From: Octopus vulgaris
Taxonomy: Eukaryota
Reading direction: 5' to 3'
Length of the DNA stretch: 64,000 nt
Assembly (NCBI GenBank): GCA_951406725.2
Contig: OX597827.1
Span: forward strand, 67,890,001-67,954,000
The translations under genes and the position numbers were made by a program. Below are positions 38,597 to 53,228 of this stretch, in pieces. The notes beneath the pieces are model-generated. The model was not told the DNA's origin and searched no databases. It saw only the letters and a program-made list of their open reading frames with translations. Each line of letters begins with the position of its first letter. The stretch's first letter is position 1.

Positions 38597-39064
38597 GCAG
38601 GCATGGTTGTGTGGTAAGAAGCTTGCTTCCCGAGCATATGGTTCTGGGTTCAGTCCCACCGTGTGACAACTTGGACAAGTGTCTTCTACTATAGCATCGG
38701 GCCGACCAAATCCTTGTGAGCGGATTTGTTAGGTGGATACTAGAAAGAAGGCCGTCGTGTATAGCTGTGTGTGTGTGTGTGTATGTGTGTGTGTATGTAA
38801 TCCCATAAACTGGCCTTCCCCATTTTAAGAGATATATATATTCAAATGTGAATTAGAAGCAGCTCCAGAGACATAAACAATTCTAAAGCATTTTTTTTTA
38901 TCATTCTCTCTTTATTTCCTCGTATTCCTTTCTGTTGAAGAGCGTAGGCTCGAAACATAAAAGTCTTTTTCACCTTCCCGAGCGCTAAACTAATGCACCT
39001 GTTTGTTGTTTATGCACCTGCCTTCGTCTTTTGTTGTTTTTTTCTTGTTTTTTTTTAAATTTCC

Positions 39065-39126
<62 letters not shown>

Positions 39127-39512
39127 AAGGTAGAATAAAAAGAACGTAGCACGCAGAAATCAAACAAAACACAACATACGGAAAACAGACGATAACATAG
39201 CGAATGGCAAACAAGGCAGAAACAAGATGCACGGACCATTCGCAGCATATTTCCTCTTCATTCGGTATTTATATGTATGTATCTTTGTGTCTGTGTTTGC
39301 CTCTTTATCATCTCTTGACAACCGATGTTAGTATATTCACATTCCCATAACTTAGCGGTTCCGCAAAAGATAGAATAAGTACTAAGGCTGTTAGGCTGAC
39401 AAAGAATAAGTCCTGGGGTCTATTTCTTTGACTAAAAAAATAACCTTTTAAGGTGGGGCTCCAGCATGGCCGCAGTCAAATAACTGAAACGAACAAAATT
39501 AAAAGTAAAAGA
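38597..39512 (+). mobile_element. SINE family A split by nested insertions
   Basis: 5' half 38597-38760, 3' half 39280-39512; HHR-family element at 38900-39068 between them. Confidence 0.7.
38928..38963 (+). ncRNA. Minimal hammerhead-like motif (variant core)
   Basis: CUUU-CUGUUGA-A-GAGC guag GCUC-GAAAC-AUA-AAAG. Confidence 0.45.
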
Positions 39513-39931
39513 ACTGTCTTTGTGGCTTTCTGGAGGGTTTAAAGGCATTTTGTTTAAAACGGAAAGGTGTTGGCACCCATGAATTTCAAACGGATACATT
39601 TAGTGTGGTTGAGAGTGATGTGTTTGATATTTGTAGGGTGACGACTGTTGGGGGCAGGATAAAAAAAAAAAAAAAAAAAAAAAAACAGGAGTGCATGAAA
39701 GGGAAAGATAGAAATAGGGAAATTCGGTTGCTAGGAAACGTAGAAACTTTTGTTTGGGGGAGAAGCGACCTCAAGATACAGTAATTCCAAGAAATGTTAA
39801 ACAAAGGTATTCTCATACATTTAGTGAAACTAAATGTATACATGTGTGTGTGTGTGCGCATGTGCGTGTGCGCATGTGCGTGTGCGCATATGTTTGTATG
39901 TATATGTATGTATGTATATACATACATATAC

Positions 39932-39978
<47 letters not shown>

Positions 39979-40123
39979 GTGAAATAGAAAGATGAATAAT
40001 CTTGTAGTAGATTAATCAAAATTATTCCATCGGATTTTGGTAATTTGTGCCTTTCGAAACACGTGTAGAATGAAATAAAACGATTTCTGTTCAATCTGCG
40101 TTCAGCTCCATTTCTTCAATTCA

Positions 40124-40172
<49 letters not shown>

Positions 40173-40667
40173 ACATGTATGTATGTGTATATATAAATAT
40201 AGATATATATTTACACGCACACGTGTGTGTATATATATAAATATACATATGTAAGTATATATGCATGTACGTATGTATACATCAGCTCCTTCATACATAG
40301 TGTATGTGTGCGTGTGTGTATGAGTGTATGCGTGTGTGCGCATGTGTGTATATGTCTGTATGCGTGTGTGCTCGTGTGTGCGTGTGTGTGTATACACGCA
40401 CGAACGTATGCATTTGTTTAATGTACGTAGAAAAGTGATACTGGATGTGGGGTTAGGAAAATTCACAAAAGAATGAAACAGCAATGAAATATAAATTAAT
40501 GTATGTTGCTTGGATACGAGCTATTATAAACGTGGATGTATACACAGGCACACACACACACACGCACACACACACACACACACACATACATGCATACATA
40601 GAGACGCACACACATGTGTTGTCTATACGTGTGTATGTATCTACGTGTGCGTGTGTGTGTGTCTCTG

Positions 40668-40739
<72 letters not shown>

Positions 40740-40783
40740 TGTATGTATGTATGTGTGTGTGTGTGTATGTATGCATGTATATA

Positions 40784-41330
40784 TCTATATATATATATAA
40801 AACTGTGAATGTGTGTCTGTCTGTCTTTCTGTTTCCCTAAAACTTGAGAACTACACAACCAATTTCATTCAAATTTTACACATGCTTTACTTAGTGTCCA
40901 TGTAGTTTCATGGGCAAAAAATGTTCAACTTCTTGTCTAGAGCGAGCCCATAGCAATATCATATCTTCTCCACTATTTCAGTATTATGTATTAAAAATGA
41001 AACAAAAACATTTCTCTATTTTATGTCAGATATTTCACTGTAACAATAAAAATTAGAGATAATAATAACAATTGAGTTATATGTAGTAAGTAATAATTAA
41101 AATCAAACTAAAGTATAATATAATCGTAACATAACAAAAGTAAAAATAGCAATTGGTATAAAATTGCATCAATGACTTGAACTTGAATAAGTGGTTTCAC
41201 ATGAATGGGAATAAATTAAAAATAAAATTAGTGTGCAGAAATGGAATAGTCCAGATGGATAATAAAAAATTAAATTAAAGAAAAGACTATTGTCTATAAA
41301 GTATACAATGTAGAGAAAAAAGAAGATTTG
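40784..41330 (+). mobile_element. Helitron-like non-autonomous element, 5' part
   Basis: TCTATATATATATATAAAA start, (TGTC)n, CCAATTTCATTCAAATTTT motif paralleling 11655-11675; 3' end not identified. Confidence 0.45.
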
Positions 41331-41575
41331 AACACCTAAAGGAAAGCACCTTCGAAAAGTGTCTTGGTGCGACTATGAAAGATATTTAACCAGAGGCGGT
41401 AAATTCGCCACAATAGAAGCAAGGTCCGAGTCAATGGAGCGTGCAAGGGAGTACTCGATTCGAACTTGCAAAGTGGAAATATTTTATTTTTACCTTTATA
41501 TCTGGGACGTAGGACGTCCCGGATAAAAATAGATACAATTGATCGAAATTACAAGAGAGGGGCTAACAATTCCAG

Positions 41576-41692
<117 letters not shown>

Positions 41693-42191
41693 TTATTTTT
41701 CGATAACAGGTTCAGTTACATCTCTTCTCGTATAGCTATAAGCTAAAACAAACTAGAACGAAGTCCACCCAAACGCCAGCTACTCTACAAAGCAACTTCG
41801 ACAGCAAGCATCTTCCTTTCAAAAAAAAAAAAAAAAATAGAAAGAAAAAAATTAGCTACCAGAGATAGCAATTGTTATACCAACTCTCACGATGCTGATC
41901 GATCTTCTCATCACACTGAGAACCGGCCAAAATCTGCCATAAAACAGATCGAAAATAATGTAAACAAACCTCTGCCGCCATCATTGAAAAACGCTCGTAT
42001 ATTTCTACTCCCATACATCTTTCTTAACAAATCTTTTGACATTAATTGTTTTATGATATATTTTTAATGTATTGATTTATGATTGTGCTAAAATATTTGG
42101 AACATCGTTGTTCGAACTTTGATGAATCTTCAGGCAGGACAAATATTTTACTGATTATTTTAGAAACCGTTTATAACTGTATTTCAATATT

Positions 42192-42623
42192 CTTTTCTAC
42201 TCTAGGCACAAGGCCCGAAATATTTGGGGGAAGGGGACAGTCGATTAGATCAACCCCAGTACGCAACTGGTACCTAATTTATCGACCCCGAAAGGATGAA
42301 AGGTAAAGTCGACCTCGGTGAAATTTCAACTCAGAACGTCAAGACAGACGAAATATTTCTAAGCATTTCGTCCGGCGTTCTAACGTTTCTTATTTCTTTA
42401 TTGCCCACAAAGGGCTAAACTTAGAGGGGACAAACAAGGACAGACAAAGGGATTAGGTCGATTAGATCAACCCCAGTACGAACTGGTATTTAATTTATCG
42501 ACACCGAAGGGAAGAAAGGCAAGGTCGACCTCGACGAAATTTGAACACAGAACGTCAAGACAGACGAAATACTTCTAAGCATTTCCCCCGTCATGCTAAC
42601 GTTTCTGCCAGCTCGCCGCCTTA
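42192..42623 (-). mobile_element. Dimeric SINE family C with two different tails, 17-bp TSD
   Basis: AACTGTATTTCAATATT at 42175-42191 and 42624-42640. Confidence 0.85.
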
Positions 42624-43572
42624 AACTGTATTTCAATATTATATACTTACGTACGGCAGCGAGCTGGCAGAATGGTTAGCATGCCGAGCGAAACAGTTTG
42701 CAAAAATACCTAAGTTCCACGCGGCTCCGGCAGAAGGTAATGGCAAACTTCTGCTGACCCTTTCGCCATAACTTTCTCTCACTCTTTCTTCCTGCATCTT
42801 GCAGCTCACCTGCGACGGGCCGGCGTCCCGTGCAGGTGGGGTACCTATACGCGAAGGAAACCGGGAAACCGGCCCTTATGAGCCAGGCATGGCTCGAGAA
42901 GGAACAAACATGAAAGGGAGGAAAAGCAAAATCGATATTGGTGGAATTTGAGCTCAGAACGTAATTACAGAGTTTAGAACACGAAGACAGAATGCAAATC
43001 CCGCGGAGGTCGAATTAACCTTTGATTCTCTCGTCGATAAACTAGTACCAGTTGAATACTGGGGTCGATGTAACCGTCTTACCTTCTCCTACGAACTTGC
43101 TGGCCTTGTGCCAAAGTTTGAGCCCGCGATCCTTCAACCTCGGTCTGAGAATCGAACCCGCGATCCCTCGACCGCGAGCCCGCTGCTCTAACCACTAAAC
43201 CATGTGCCTCCATCATCCCTTTCATGATGTCGATAAAATAAGCAACATTTGAGTACAGGGGTGCCAATGTAATCGTGATACCCTCTCCCGCGAACTTGCT
43301 GGCATTGTGCCAAAATTCGAAACCAATTATCCAAAGAATTCGATTCGAAGAAGATAAAATGCTTGATAACACCCGTCCCCGTCAACACCGAAGGAAGGAA
43401 TGAAAAAGAAAGAAGGGAAAGAGTGACAGGAAGACTGAAGAAAGTTTTAAAGAAAATTCAAGTTAATTAGTTGTTTAATGGTGACACAAGAAAATGGCGT
43501 GTTTCGGGGAAGACAGAGCGCTGTTGTTATATTTACGATTGTGTATCTGTCCGTCTGTGGTTTCTGTCTAAG

Positions 43573-43616
<44 letters not shown>

Positions 43617-43715
43617 TGACATATGCGCATGTATATATGTATGTATGCATGTATTATGCTTGTATATGCGCGTGTATGTATATATATACATATATATGCA
43701 AATACATATATATAC

Positions 43716-43746
<31 letters not shown>

Positions 43747-43831
43747 GTATATTAACCACAGTAAGTATATAATACATAGCAGTATATAAGGTACTCAATA
43801 CATTCTCTTGAATGAAACAGTACTAGTCCTG

Positions 43832-43920
<89 letters not shown>

Positions 43921-44081
43921 CACATATATATATACATACATACTGATAAACATGTGTATACATGCATAAATCTATGTGCACAAATGTGTATATATATGTG
44001 TGTATGTATATATGTATGTGTAATATATACATACATACACACACATAATGCATACATACATACATACACACACACATACAT

Positions 44082-44112
<31 letters not shown>

Positions 44113-44278
44113 TACATACATACATACATACATACATACATACATACATACATACATACATGTTATTTACTATTAACTATCGTATGAGTGACAGTTTGAG
44201 GTAAGCTAAGCGGTGTTAACTAGAACAAGTTTTAGAAGCAGAGCTAAGAAAGTGCAAACTGGGCGATAATGCAGATAG

Positions 44279-44329
<51 letters not shown>

Positions 44330-44796
44330 AAGAGGGGGATAGAAACGGTAGGAAGAGTATTGGGGGGGCAGTTGAAAATGGTTGATGACATAAAGAAGTT
44401 TACCACCTCAAAATGTCCGTTTGTTGTTTTGTAGATGTCAGTTCAACAAAATGCTAATGCTTCGTGTGTGTGTGTATGTGGAGGGATTGTACGGGCGGGT
44501 GTGTGCGAGTTGTCCTTCATTTAGTGAGTATGTGTGTATGTGTGTATGTGAATACTAGCTTCTCTTTGTGCTGTGTGTGTGTGTGTGTGTGTGAGTGGCT
44601 TTTCTTAGTGTATGCGTATGTATGTGAGTGTGAGTAATGTTTTCTCAATGTGTGTGTGTATGCTTATTTATGAGCAGTAGCTTCTCTTAGTGTGTGTGTG
44701 TGTGTAGTAGTAGTAGTAGTTGTAGTAGTAGTAGTAGTAGTAGTAGTAGCTTCTGTGTGTTTGTGTGTGAGAGTGTGTGCAGTAACCTCTCTTTGT

Positions 44797-44835
<39 letters not shown>

Positions 44836-45033
44836 TGTGTGTGTTTGTGTGTGTGTAAGTGCGTGTGTGTGTAAGTGTGTGTGCACGCGTTTGTCTGTGC
44901 GTGTGACTATTGACTTATCTTTGCGTGTGTGTATATATCTATACGCGAGTAATGGCTTCTGTGTGCTTGCGTGCGTTGTGGTAGTAGTAGTAAGAGGAGG
45001 AGGAGGAGGAGGAGGAGGAAGAGCAGCAGCAGC

Positions 45034-45077
<44 letters not shown>

Positions 45078-45169
45078 ATAGCTTCTCTTGGTGGATGTGT
45101 GTGAGTGTATGTGTGTTACTTTGTGTATTGTATATCTGAGGTGACATTCATGGCTGCCGTGTTTATGTG

Positions 45170-45388
45170 TGTGTGTTTCTGTGTTTGTCCTCCACCCCTG
45201 TTTGACAACCGATGATGGTGTGTTTATATCCCCGTAACTTAGTGGTTCGGCTAAAGAGTTTGATAAAATAAGTCCTAGGCTTAAAAAAAGGAAAAACAAA
45301 TACTGGATTATTTGACTAAACGGTCACCTAGACAGTGCTCTAGCATGACAGCAGTCTAATGACAGAAACAAGAAAAAGAATAAAAGAA
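45170..45388 (+). mobile_element. SINE family A, 3' half
   Basis: Similarity to 4850-5050. Confidence 0.75.
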
Positions 45389-45974
45389 TTTTAGAAATCC
45401 AAGCAGCTAAACTAATCGATCACTACTCAACCTCATCAATAACATGTCCTCTTTCTTCAAGGTCTGTGTTCTATAGTGAATCTGTACACCCCTCCCGGTA
45501 AAAAGTGGTCGGAACCAGCCATTATAAATAAACCAGTAACCGGTCGACAGGAGGAGGTCGAAAGTTGAGAGTACATGTAGACTGTGTTGATAGTCGTGTC
45601 TGTGTTGATATAGTAATTATACTGTGATACTGAGTCGGCATTATATCGATCCAACCCTGGGGGTCGTACAGTGCGAAATAGAACCATTCTAGCGATGACT
45701 TCGGAATATAACAATATCTGTCAGAGAGACAACCGCGGTCAAAAGACAGATACAACAGTGGCAAAATACCTCTTCACAATAGTTTGTCATGTGTCTCTCA
45801 GAATTAGTTTCCCGTTTAATTTTCGGTGTATGTATTTTTTCTCGAGATCAGACCGACAATCAATTCTACTGACCTTCTATGCGGCATCCTCACACGAGGC
45901 AACAAAATTTGTTTCAACACACCAGTTCACATCAAGAATTTTGCAAACCATTTTATCTTTTTATTCTTCTACAC

Positions 45975-46488
45975 TTTCACTTGTTCTAGTCATTTGATTG
46001 CGGCCATGGTGGAGCACGGCCTTAAAGGGGTTTTTTTTCGTTGAAGAAATTGACCCCAAGACTTATTCTTTGTAAGCCCAGTACTTATTCTTGCCGTTCC
46101 TTTTGCCGAACCGCTCAGTTCTGGAGGCCCAAACACACCAGCATCGGTTATCAAGCGATGGTGGGAGAGACAAAGAGAGACAGACACACACGCACACACA
46201 AGCACACATATATGTATGTATGTATGTACGTGTATGTATATATGTATGCATACATACATACATGCATGCATGCATGCATACATACATACATACATACATA
46301 CATACATACACACGTACATATATGACGATCTTCTTTCAGATTCCGTCTACCAGATCCACTCACAAGGATTTGGTTGGCTCGGGGATATAGTAGAAGACAC
46401 TTGCTCAAGGTGCCACGCGGTGGGACTGAACCCGGGGAACCATGTGGTTGGGAAGCAAGCTTCTTACCATACAGGCGAGCCTGCACCT
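45975..46488 (-). mobile_element. SINE family A, full length, expanded internal (TACA)n
   Basis: Reverse complement of family A. Confidence 0.85.
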
Positions 46489-46508
46489 ATACAACAACAA
46501 CAACAACA

Positions 46509-46579
<71 letters not shown>

Positions 46580-47237
46580 GAGGAAAGAAAGGAAAAGAAA
46601 AGAAAGAAAATGGAGAGGAAATAAGCTTAGCTTGATAATCGATCCTGACCTACTGAAAAAAAGGAGATAATCCACCCACTACTTCATCCAATTTGATATT
46701 CATTTCGATTAATTAACAACAGAAGACAGGCGTTCAAAAGAGAGATGTTTATAAACAACTAAAAATGGCTGAGAGGCGTGGGACGTGATCTACATTTGAA
46801 ACCGTTCCTTCTGCACTGATTCACATATTGAAATTATTTTTCAAATCTGTTGATTGGAACTGGACAGTGAAACTATTTCCTATTTTAACTATAGTTAATT
46901 ATATATTATAATACATTATATTATAACATATTACATCATATTCTATTCTATTATATTATAGCGCTCTTTTACGCTTTCCTGTCTCACTTGATAATTACGT
47001 TATAATTTCCTTCTTGAAAAAAATTGTTTGATAATATCACTTAAATTACAAGGTGAGCGTATTTCTTACACGTATGCACTATAGGACATAATGATTTACA
47101 GTTTCCGCTATCTTTTTATCTTTTACTTGTTGCGGCCATGCTGGGGCACCGCCGTGGAGAGCTTTTAGTTGAATGAATCGACCCCAGTATTTAATTTTCA
47201 TTTTTAAACCTGGTATTTTTTCTGTCGGTCTCATTTA

Positions 47238-47488
47238 AAATTTTAAAAATAAATGCGCTCTTTTTTAAAGCCTAGGCAGGCTCTTGGGCCCGGTTTCCCG
47301 GTTTCTATGGCGTATGTGTTCCCCAGCTGAACGGGACGCCAGTCCGTCATAGGATTACTCATTTCTGCTAGCTGAGTGAAATGAAGTGTTTTGCTCAAGA
47401 ACACAACGCGTCGCCCGGTCCAGGAATCGAAACCACAATCTTACGATCATGGTGCTGACACCCTAACCACTAAACCACGCGCCTCCAC
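47238..47488 (-). mobile_element. tRNA-derived SINE (E-related) nested in a SINE A, 14-bp TSD
   Basis: A box TGGTTTAGTGG, B box GGTTTCGATTCC; GTC(G/A)GTCTCATTTA at 47224-47237 and 47489-47502; host SINE A at 47115-47237 and 47489-47580. Confidence 0.8.
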
Positions 47489-47759
47489 GTCAGTCTCATT
47501 TACCGAACCACTAATTTGCTGGGACGTAAACACACTAACGCCAGTTGTCAAGCGGCGGTGGGGGGAACTAACAGACACAATGATACATAAACACATAAAC
47601 ACACACACACACACACACGTATACATATATATGTGTGTTTGTGTGTGTGATTTTGGAACTAATGAGTATATAGTTCTATATTTAAGAGATGAGAAATTAT
47701 TTATATTATTTACATTTCTTTACATTTGACGGATATTTGTCCTCATCTTGTTTGTTGTT

Positions 47760-47805
47760 AACACAACGTTTCGGCTGATATATCCTCCCGCCTTCATCAG
47801 GTGTC
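47760..47805 (-). ncRNA. Minimal type I hammerhead ribozyme (family F tail)
   Basis: GACAC-CUGAUGA-A-GGC gggaggauauauca GCC-GAAAC-GUU-GUGUU within the tail 47672-47848. Confidence 0.68.
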
Positions 47806-48691
47806 TTGGGGGGAAATTTCGAACCTGGGTTCTCATTCCTAAGGTATTCATTATAACCTTCGAACAAGCTGCTGGTCTCCCCTGTTCGAAGGTTATAATG
47901 GACAGAGGTTCGTGTGTCACATAGATAGCTAGAGGTGATGGCCTCTTGGAGATAATCAACGGCAGAATTCGTCCTGTTTTTCTGGACTGCCATGTTAGCT
48001 TGGCGATAACTGTTAATAAAGAAGTTACGTGCATTTAAAGTTATGTCATTTTAACCAATGGATGGCGTCCTTAGCCACTATATCGTTGATAGGAACTGTC
48101 TGTTGTCATGGAAATCAGCAAAGACAACGGAGACGAACCCTGTACGTGGCCCCTTAACCCGCTAGAAATAACAGCTAAATCTTCTTTAGAATAGACCATA
48201 ATGTCTAAAAAACTGAAAGGATGACATTTTATATGACGTTATAAGGTTGAAAGAAATTTGATAAGATCCCAAAATAGTTAAACTTCAAGTTTTGTCTGTA
48301 TATCTGTTTTTTTGTTAATTTTTTTTTTTTGTGAGCGAGTGGAGTAGAAAATGTAAACTTGATCTATTTTCCAGTCGTGTCAGATCGTCTATTAGAAAAT
48401 TAATGTATCACTTCTTTCCTAGTCTTTCGTTCGTTCGCTTCTTACTTTTGTATATTAATTCAAGCATTCCTCACTATATATTTTCTCATCTTGAGTATCT
48501 TCTCTCCACCTTTTCAATCTCTGATAAACGTAAACTCGCATATGACGGTTGCTAAAGTCATTAGAATCCAGCGGTCTTATTCTATCGGATCGAAACTACA
48601 AAAATGCCCGAATAGTCAGCTGATGAGGGAACATTCTCGGTTTGCTTTCTCTGTTATATCTTTCATTCGTTTGTGCCTAATTTCTTTCACA

Positions 48692-48743
<52 letters not shown>

Positions 48744-48816
48744 AACGCACACACGCACACACACACACACACACACAAACATATGCAGACATATATTACA
48801 TAAGACAAGAGAGAAA

Positions 48817-48830
48817 CCACCAGATGGCGG
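48817..48830 (+). promoter_or_regulatory. Candidate CTCF site
   Basis: CCACCAGATGGCGG fits CCASYAGRKGGCRS at all positions, in unique sequence. Confidence 0.4.
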
Positions 48831-49332
48831 TGTTTTCCCAAATTTAAGCAATGTCGAGTGGAGTTGATCTGGTCTTTAAAAACCAATTCAGAGAAACTAT
48901 GGTCTTGGGAAACGCTAGAGAAATGTAGAGGCTTGGGTGGGTTATGATGGCGCCTAAACAATCCTGAACGTCTATAAATATTATACATCCAGTCATGTTG
49001 TTCCTGGGAGGTGTATTTTAGATTTTTAAGCAAGAACAATTTAATACGCCAATTTATGTTGACATACTTTGTCCTATGTGCACGCGCACATAGCACGTGT
49101 AATTATGTATATACACGAATACACACACATACATAATACATATATATATGTATGTTTATATGTATATATATGTTCATATGTATATAAACATATGTGTATA
49201 AGTTTATATGCATATATATATATATATATATATCATATGTATATATATATATGTATATATGTGTATATACATATATATATATATATACATCTATATATAC
49301 ATATACATCTATCTCTCTCTATATATATACAT

Positions 49333-49417
<85 letters not shown>

Positions 49418-49595
49418 TCTATATATACACATACATACACGGTGCAGCCGTATAATATACTATTTTTATTTCAGTCATACATACTCTAAAATCTGTATAT
49501 GTGGAGGGGGCGTGTAGAAAGACGCGCACGCGTGACGTGAATGAATAATACGTTGTATATGAACGTATAAATAGGTGTGTGTGTGTGTGTGTGTG

Positions 49596-49653
<58 letters not shown>

Positions 49654-50260
49654 CACACACATACGCTCATTTACACCAGCACTTTAATTATAAACAGCGT
49701 TAAGAACAACGAAGACGCCCGCCTCTGTCTCACACACACATACACATACACGTACACACACACACACGCTCACACACACACACACGTTCACACATACACA
49801 CACACACAAACACACACTCACCGTCATTCCCATCGGCATCGCCATCACCATCATCGCTATTACCACTTTCACTCACTGGTGGCACTCACCCGTCCGTCGC
49901 TCCCTGCTTTGAAGGAGGGTCTCGACAAGCTTACATGTCACACCACCCTACCGCCGCCACTACCATGACGACCGCCATCTCCACCAATACCACCACCACC
50001 ATCACCATTATGGGCACCACCCCTCCATTAGCAGTTTCCTTTTGGAGCAACGGTGAAATGTATAAATGAATACAAACCCTCCATAGACATACGGAAGTAA
50101 CAATGCCACGTATGTAGACACACCACGAAAGTGAGTGTATGTGTGGTTGGATGTATATAAGTGTGAGCGTTGCGTGTGTACTGTGTGTACTGTATGTATA
50201 TGTGTGCGTGTGTATCTATGTATGTACCTAAGTGTGTATATATGTATGTACCTAAGTGTG

Positions 50261-50294
<34 letters not shown>

Positions 50295-50641
50295 TGTATG
50301 TATGTATGTATGTATGTATGTATGCATGTATGTATGCATGTATGTATGTATGCATGTATGCATGTATGTACATACCTACGTATCAATGTGTACGTATGTA
50401 TATATATATGTATGTTTGCATGTATGTATGTACGGATGTATGTATGTATGTATGTATGTATGTATGTATGTATGTACGGATGTATGTATGTATGTATGTA
50501 TGTATGTATGTATGTATGTATGTATGTATGTATGTATGTACAGTTAATCCAAACAAGAAAGCACAAAAAAAACACAACAACGCGAGGACGTGGAACAAAT
50601 ATAGTATTATTGGACGCTCAGGAAAGAAGGAAAGAAGGAGA

Positions 50642-50676
50642 GTTTAACGTTTCGATCGGAGCTCTTCGTCGGAAAC
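50642..50676 (-). ncRNA. Minimal hammerhead-like motif (variant core)
   Basis: GUUU-CCGACGA-A-GAGC ucc GAUC-GAAAC-GUU-AAAC in element 50540-50750 flanked by (TATG)n. Confidence 0.45.
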
Positions 50677-51220
50677 ATACGAGAAGGAAAGATCCAGAGA
50701 AGGGAAGACAGAGGAAAAAAATTGCCAACGATACACACGAGGTCACATTTGTATGTAATTATGTATGTATGTATGTATGTATGTATGTATGTATGTATGT
50801 ATGTATGTATATGCGTTGGTATTCTTGAACCTGCTCGTGAAATTAACATGTAAGTCTGAGGCCGGGTGGGAAGATGAATGGATGCATAACGTCGCCATCA
50901 CTAGTGATAAATCCAAACACCGTAATGTTGACTGGGTGTTTGATTTTTATGAGTCTTCGTACATGTTTTGGGGACACAGCAAGCGAACGGTTGTTCTGTG
51001 TGTTCACCAACTGTTCGTATTGGAGCTTTCGGCGCGAATACTAAGCAGTACAGCATGTCGTTTCCAAATTTCTGGCAGAGTGAATTGCGTCGTGGTGCTG
51101 GTTCTCTCACAGACGGTGCCCAAATGACCCTACTATACTATATAGTCGACAAAATCAAAGACAAACAATGTGCATGCGCGAAATAAAAAATTTGAAATGG
51201 CGACAATTTACTCATCGCAT

Positions 51221-51268
<48 letters not shown>

Positions 51269-51786
51269 TGTGTATGTGTGAGTGTGTATACGTTTGTGTA
51301 CATATATGTATATGTATGTGTGTCCCGTGCCAACCCCTTGCATCCTCCAAGATGATGTCGAGCCTCTGGAGATCTTCTTTAATTATGCCAGAGGAGATCA
51401 AATTGCTTTTATGGGTCTCCCATGTTGGATTGGTCCAAGGATAGAGGATAGCCTAGTATGGACCTCATCATCCCAGAGATAAAAATGGGTTTGCATAGGG
51501 GCAAAGGTATCTAGAGGAAGCAAAGGTACAGAAGCATCGACAGTTCAAAACCAACAAGACCAGAGAGATGACTGAACTGTGTTTCAAGGAAAGACAGGCC
51601 AAAGTCAGGAACAACGGCAAAAAATGTCAAAGGCTTCTGGTCCTTAGGGGTTCGAAGGACCTAGGTAAGTATTGCGTTTTGACTACTGTGAAATGAGAAT
51701 AGTACGTAGATGATGATGACGACGATGATGATGATGACGATGATGACGATGATGATGATGATGACGATGATGATGACGATGATGAC

Positions 51787-51853
<67 letters not shown>

Positions 51854-52244
51854 GATATGTAATTTGAATCGTACTATGAGCTGAAACAGTGTGTGTGTGT
51901 GTGTGTGTGCGTGCGTGTGTTAAGTAGTGTGAATGTGTGTGTTGAATGACTTGTGATGTGTTATGTGTAGTATATGAAAAATGCTTGCTTCTTTACCACA
52001 TCGTCCCGGGTTCAGTCCTTGGACAAGTACCTTCTACTATAACTTCGGGTAGACGGAAACTAAAAGAAGCCCGTCGTATATATATATACGTGTGTGTGTG
52101 TGTGTGTGTATGTGTGTGTGTGTGTGGTTGACCCGATGTTATAGTAAAAGACACTTGCCATAAGTGCCACGCAGTGGGAATGAACCCGGAACCATGTGGT
52201 TAGTAAGTAAACTTATCACACAGCCAAACCTGCGCTTATACATG

Positions 52245-52292
<48 letters not shown>

Positions 52293-52373
52293 TCTGTAAT
52301 GACATGTTATACGCATGTACATTGACGATTGCGCATGTGTGCGTTTGTATAAGTATGCGTATGTATGTATGTG

Positions 52374-52415
<42 letters not shown>

Positions 52416-53184
52416 CCTGCGTGTGCGTGTGTCCGTGAAAGTGTGTGTGAAAGTATGTGTGAAAATTGTGACAAATGTGTGCGAGTGGTTACGTGAGTGT
52501 ACCCATGTGCGTGTATGTGTGCGTGTGTGCGTGCGGGTGTATATATGTGTGTGTGCGTGTGTATATATGTGTGTGTTTGTGTGAATGTGAACACTTGACA
52601 ATAATGTGTCTACATGTGACGAGCCTGTATGTATGTGTGCGCGAATGTATATGTGTATGTCTATGTGTACGGCGAATGAAGGGTTTGTATGACGGGGGGG
52701 GGGGGGGGCGAGTGGGAGCCATTCAATGCTACCTAAAAATAGCTCCTCAGAGTACTAACTGCCCCAAGGTATAACACCGCCTTTACATTATAGTCTCGTC
52801 ATCCAGTTTAGCTACCCGCCCACCCTACACACACACACACACACACACATACATGCACGCACGCACAGCATGCAACACCACACACACACTCACACACATC
52901 CATACATTTACATACATACACGCGCATATTTATATATAATGACTGACCTGCCCCCCCCCCCCACTATCGCCGACCTCCCTTACATCCAACACACCCCCCA
53001 AAGCGATCCTCGCCCCCAACAACATCACCACCAACGCTCCCATCTGTCTTAAGTCCCCGTTTCTATTCTTTCCTTTCCATTCTTCGCATGTCTTTTTGTT
53101 TGTTTGTTATTTTGTTTATGTGTGTGTGTGTGTGTGTGTGTGTCTTTTCACATTGTTCTATCACTCAACATACCCAATGAGCTT

Positions 53185-53228
<44 letters not shown>

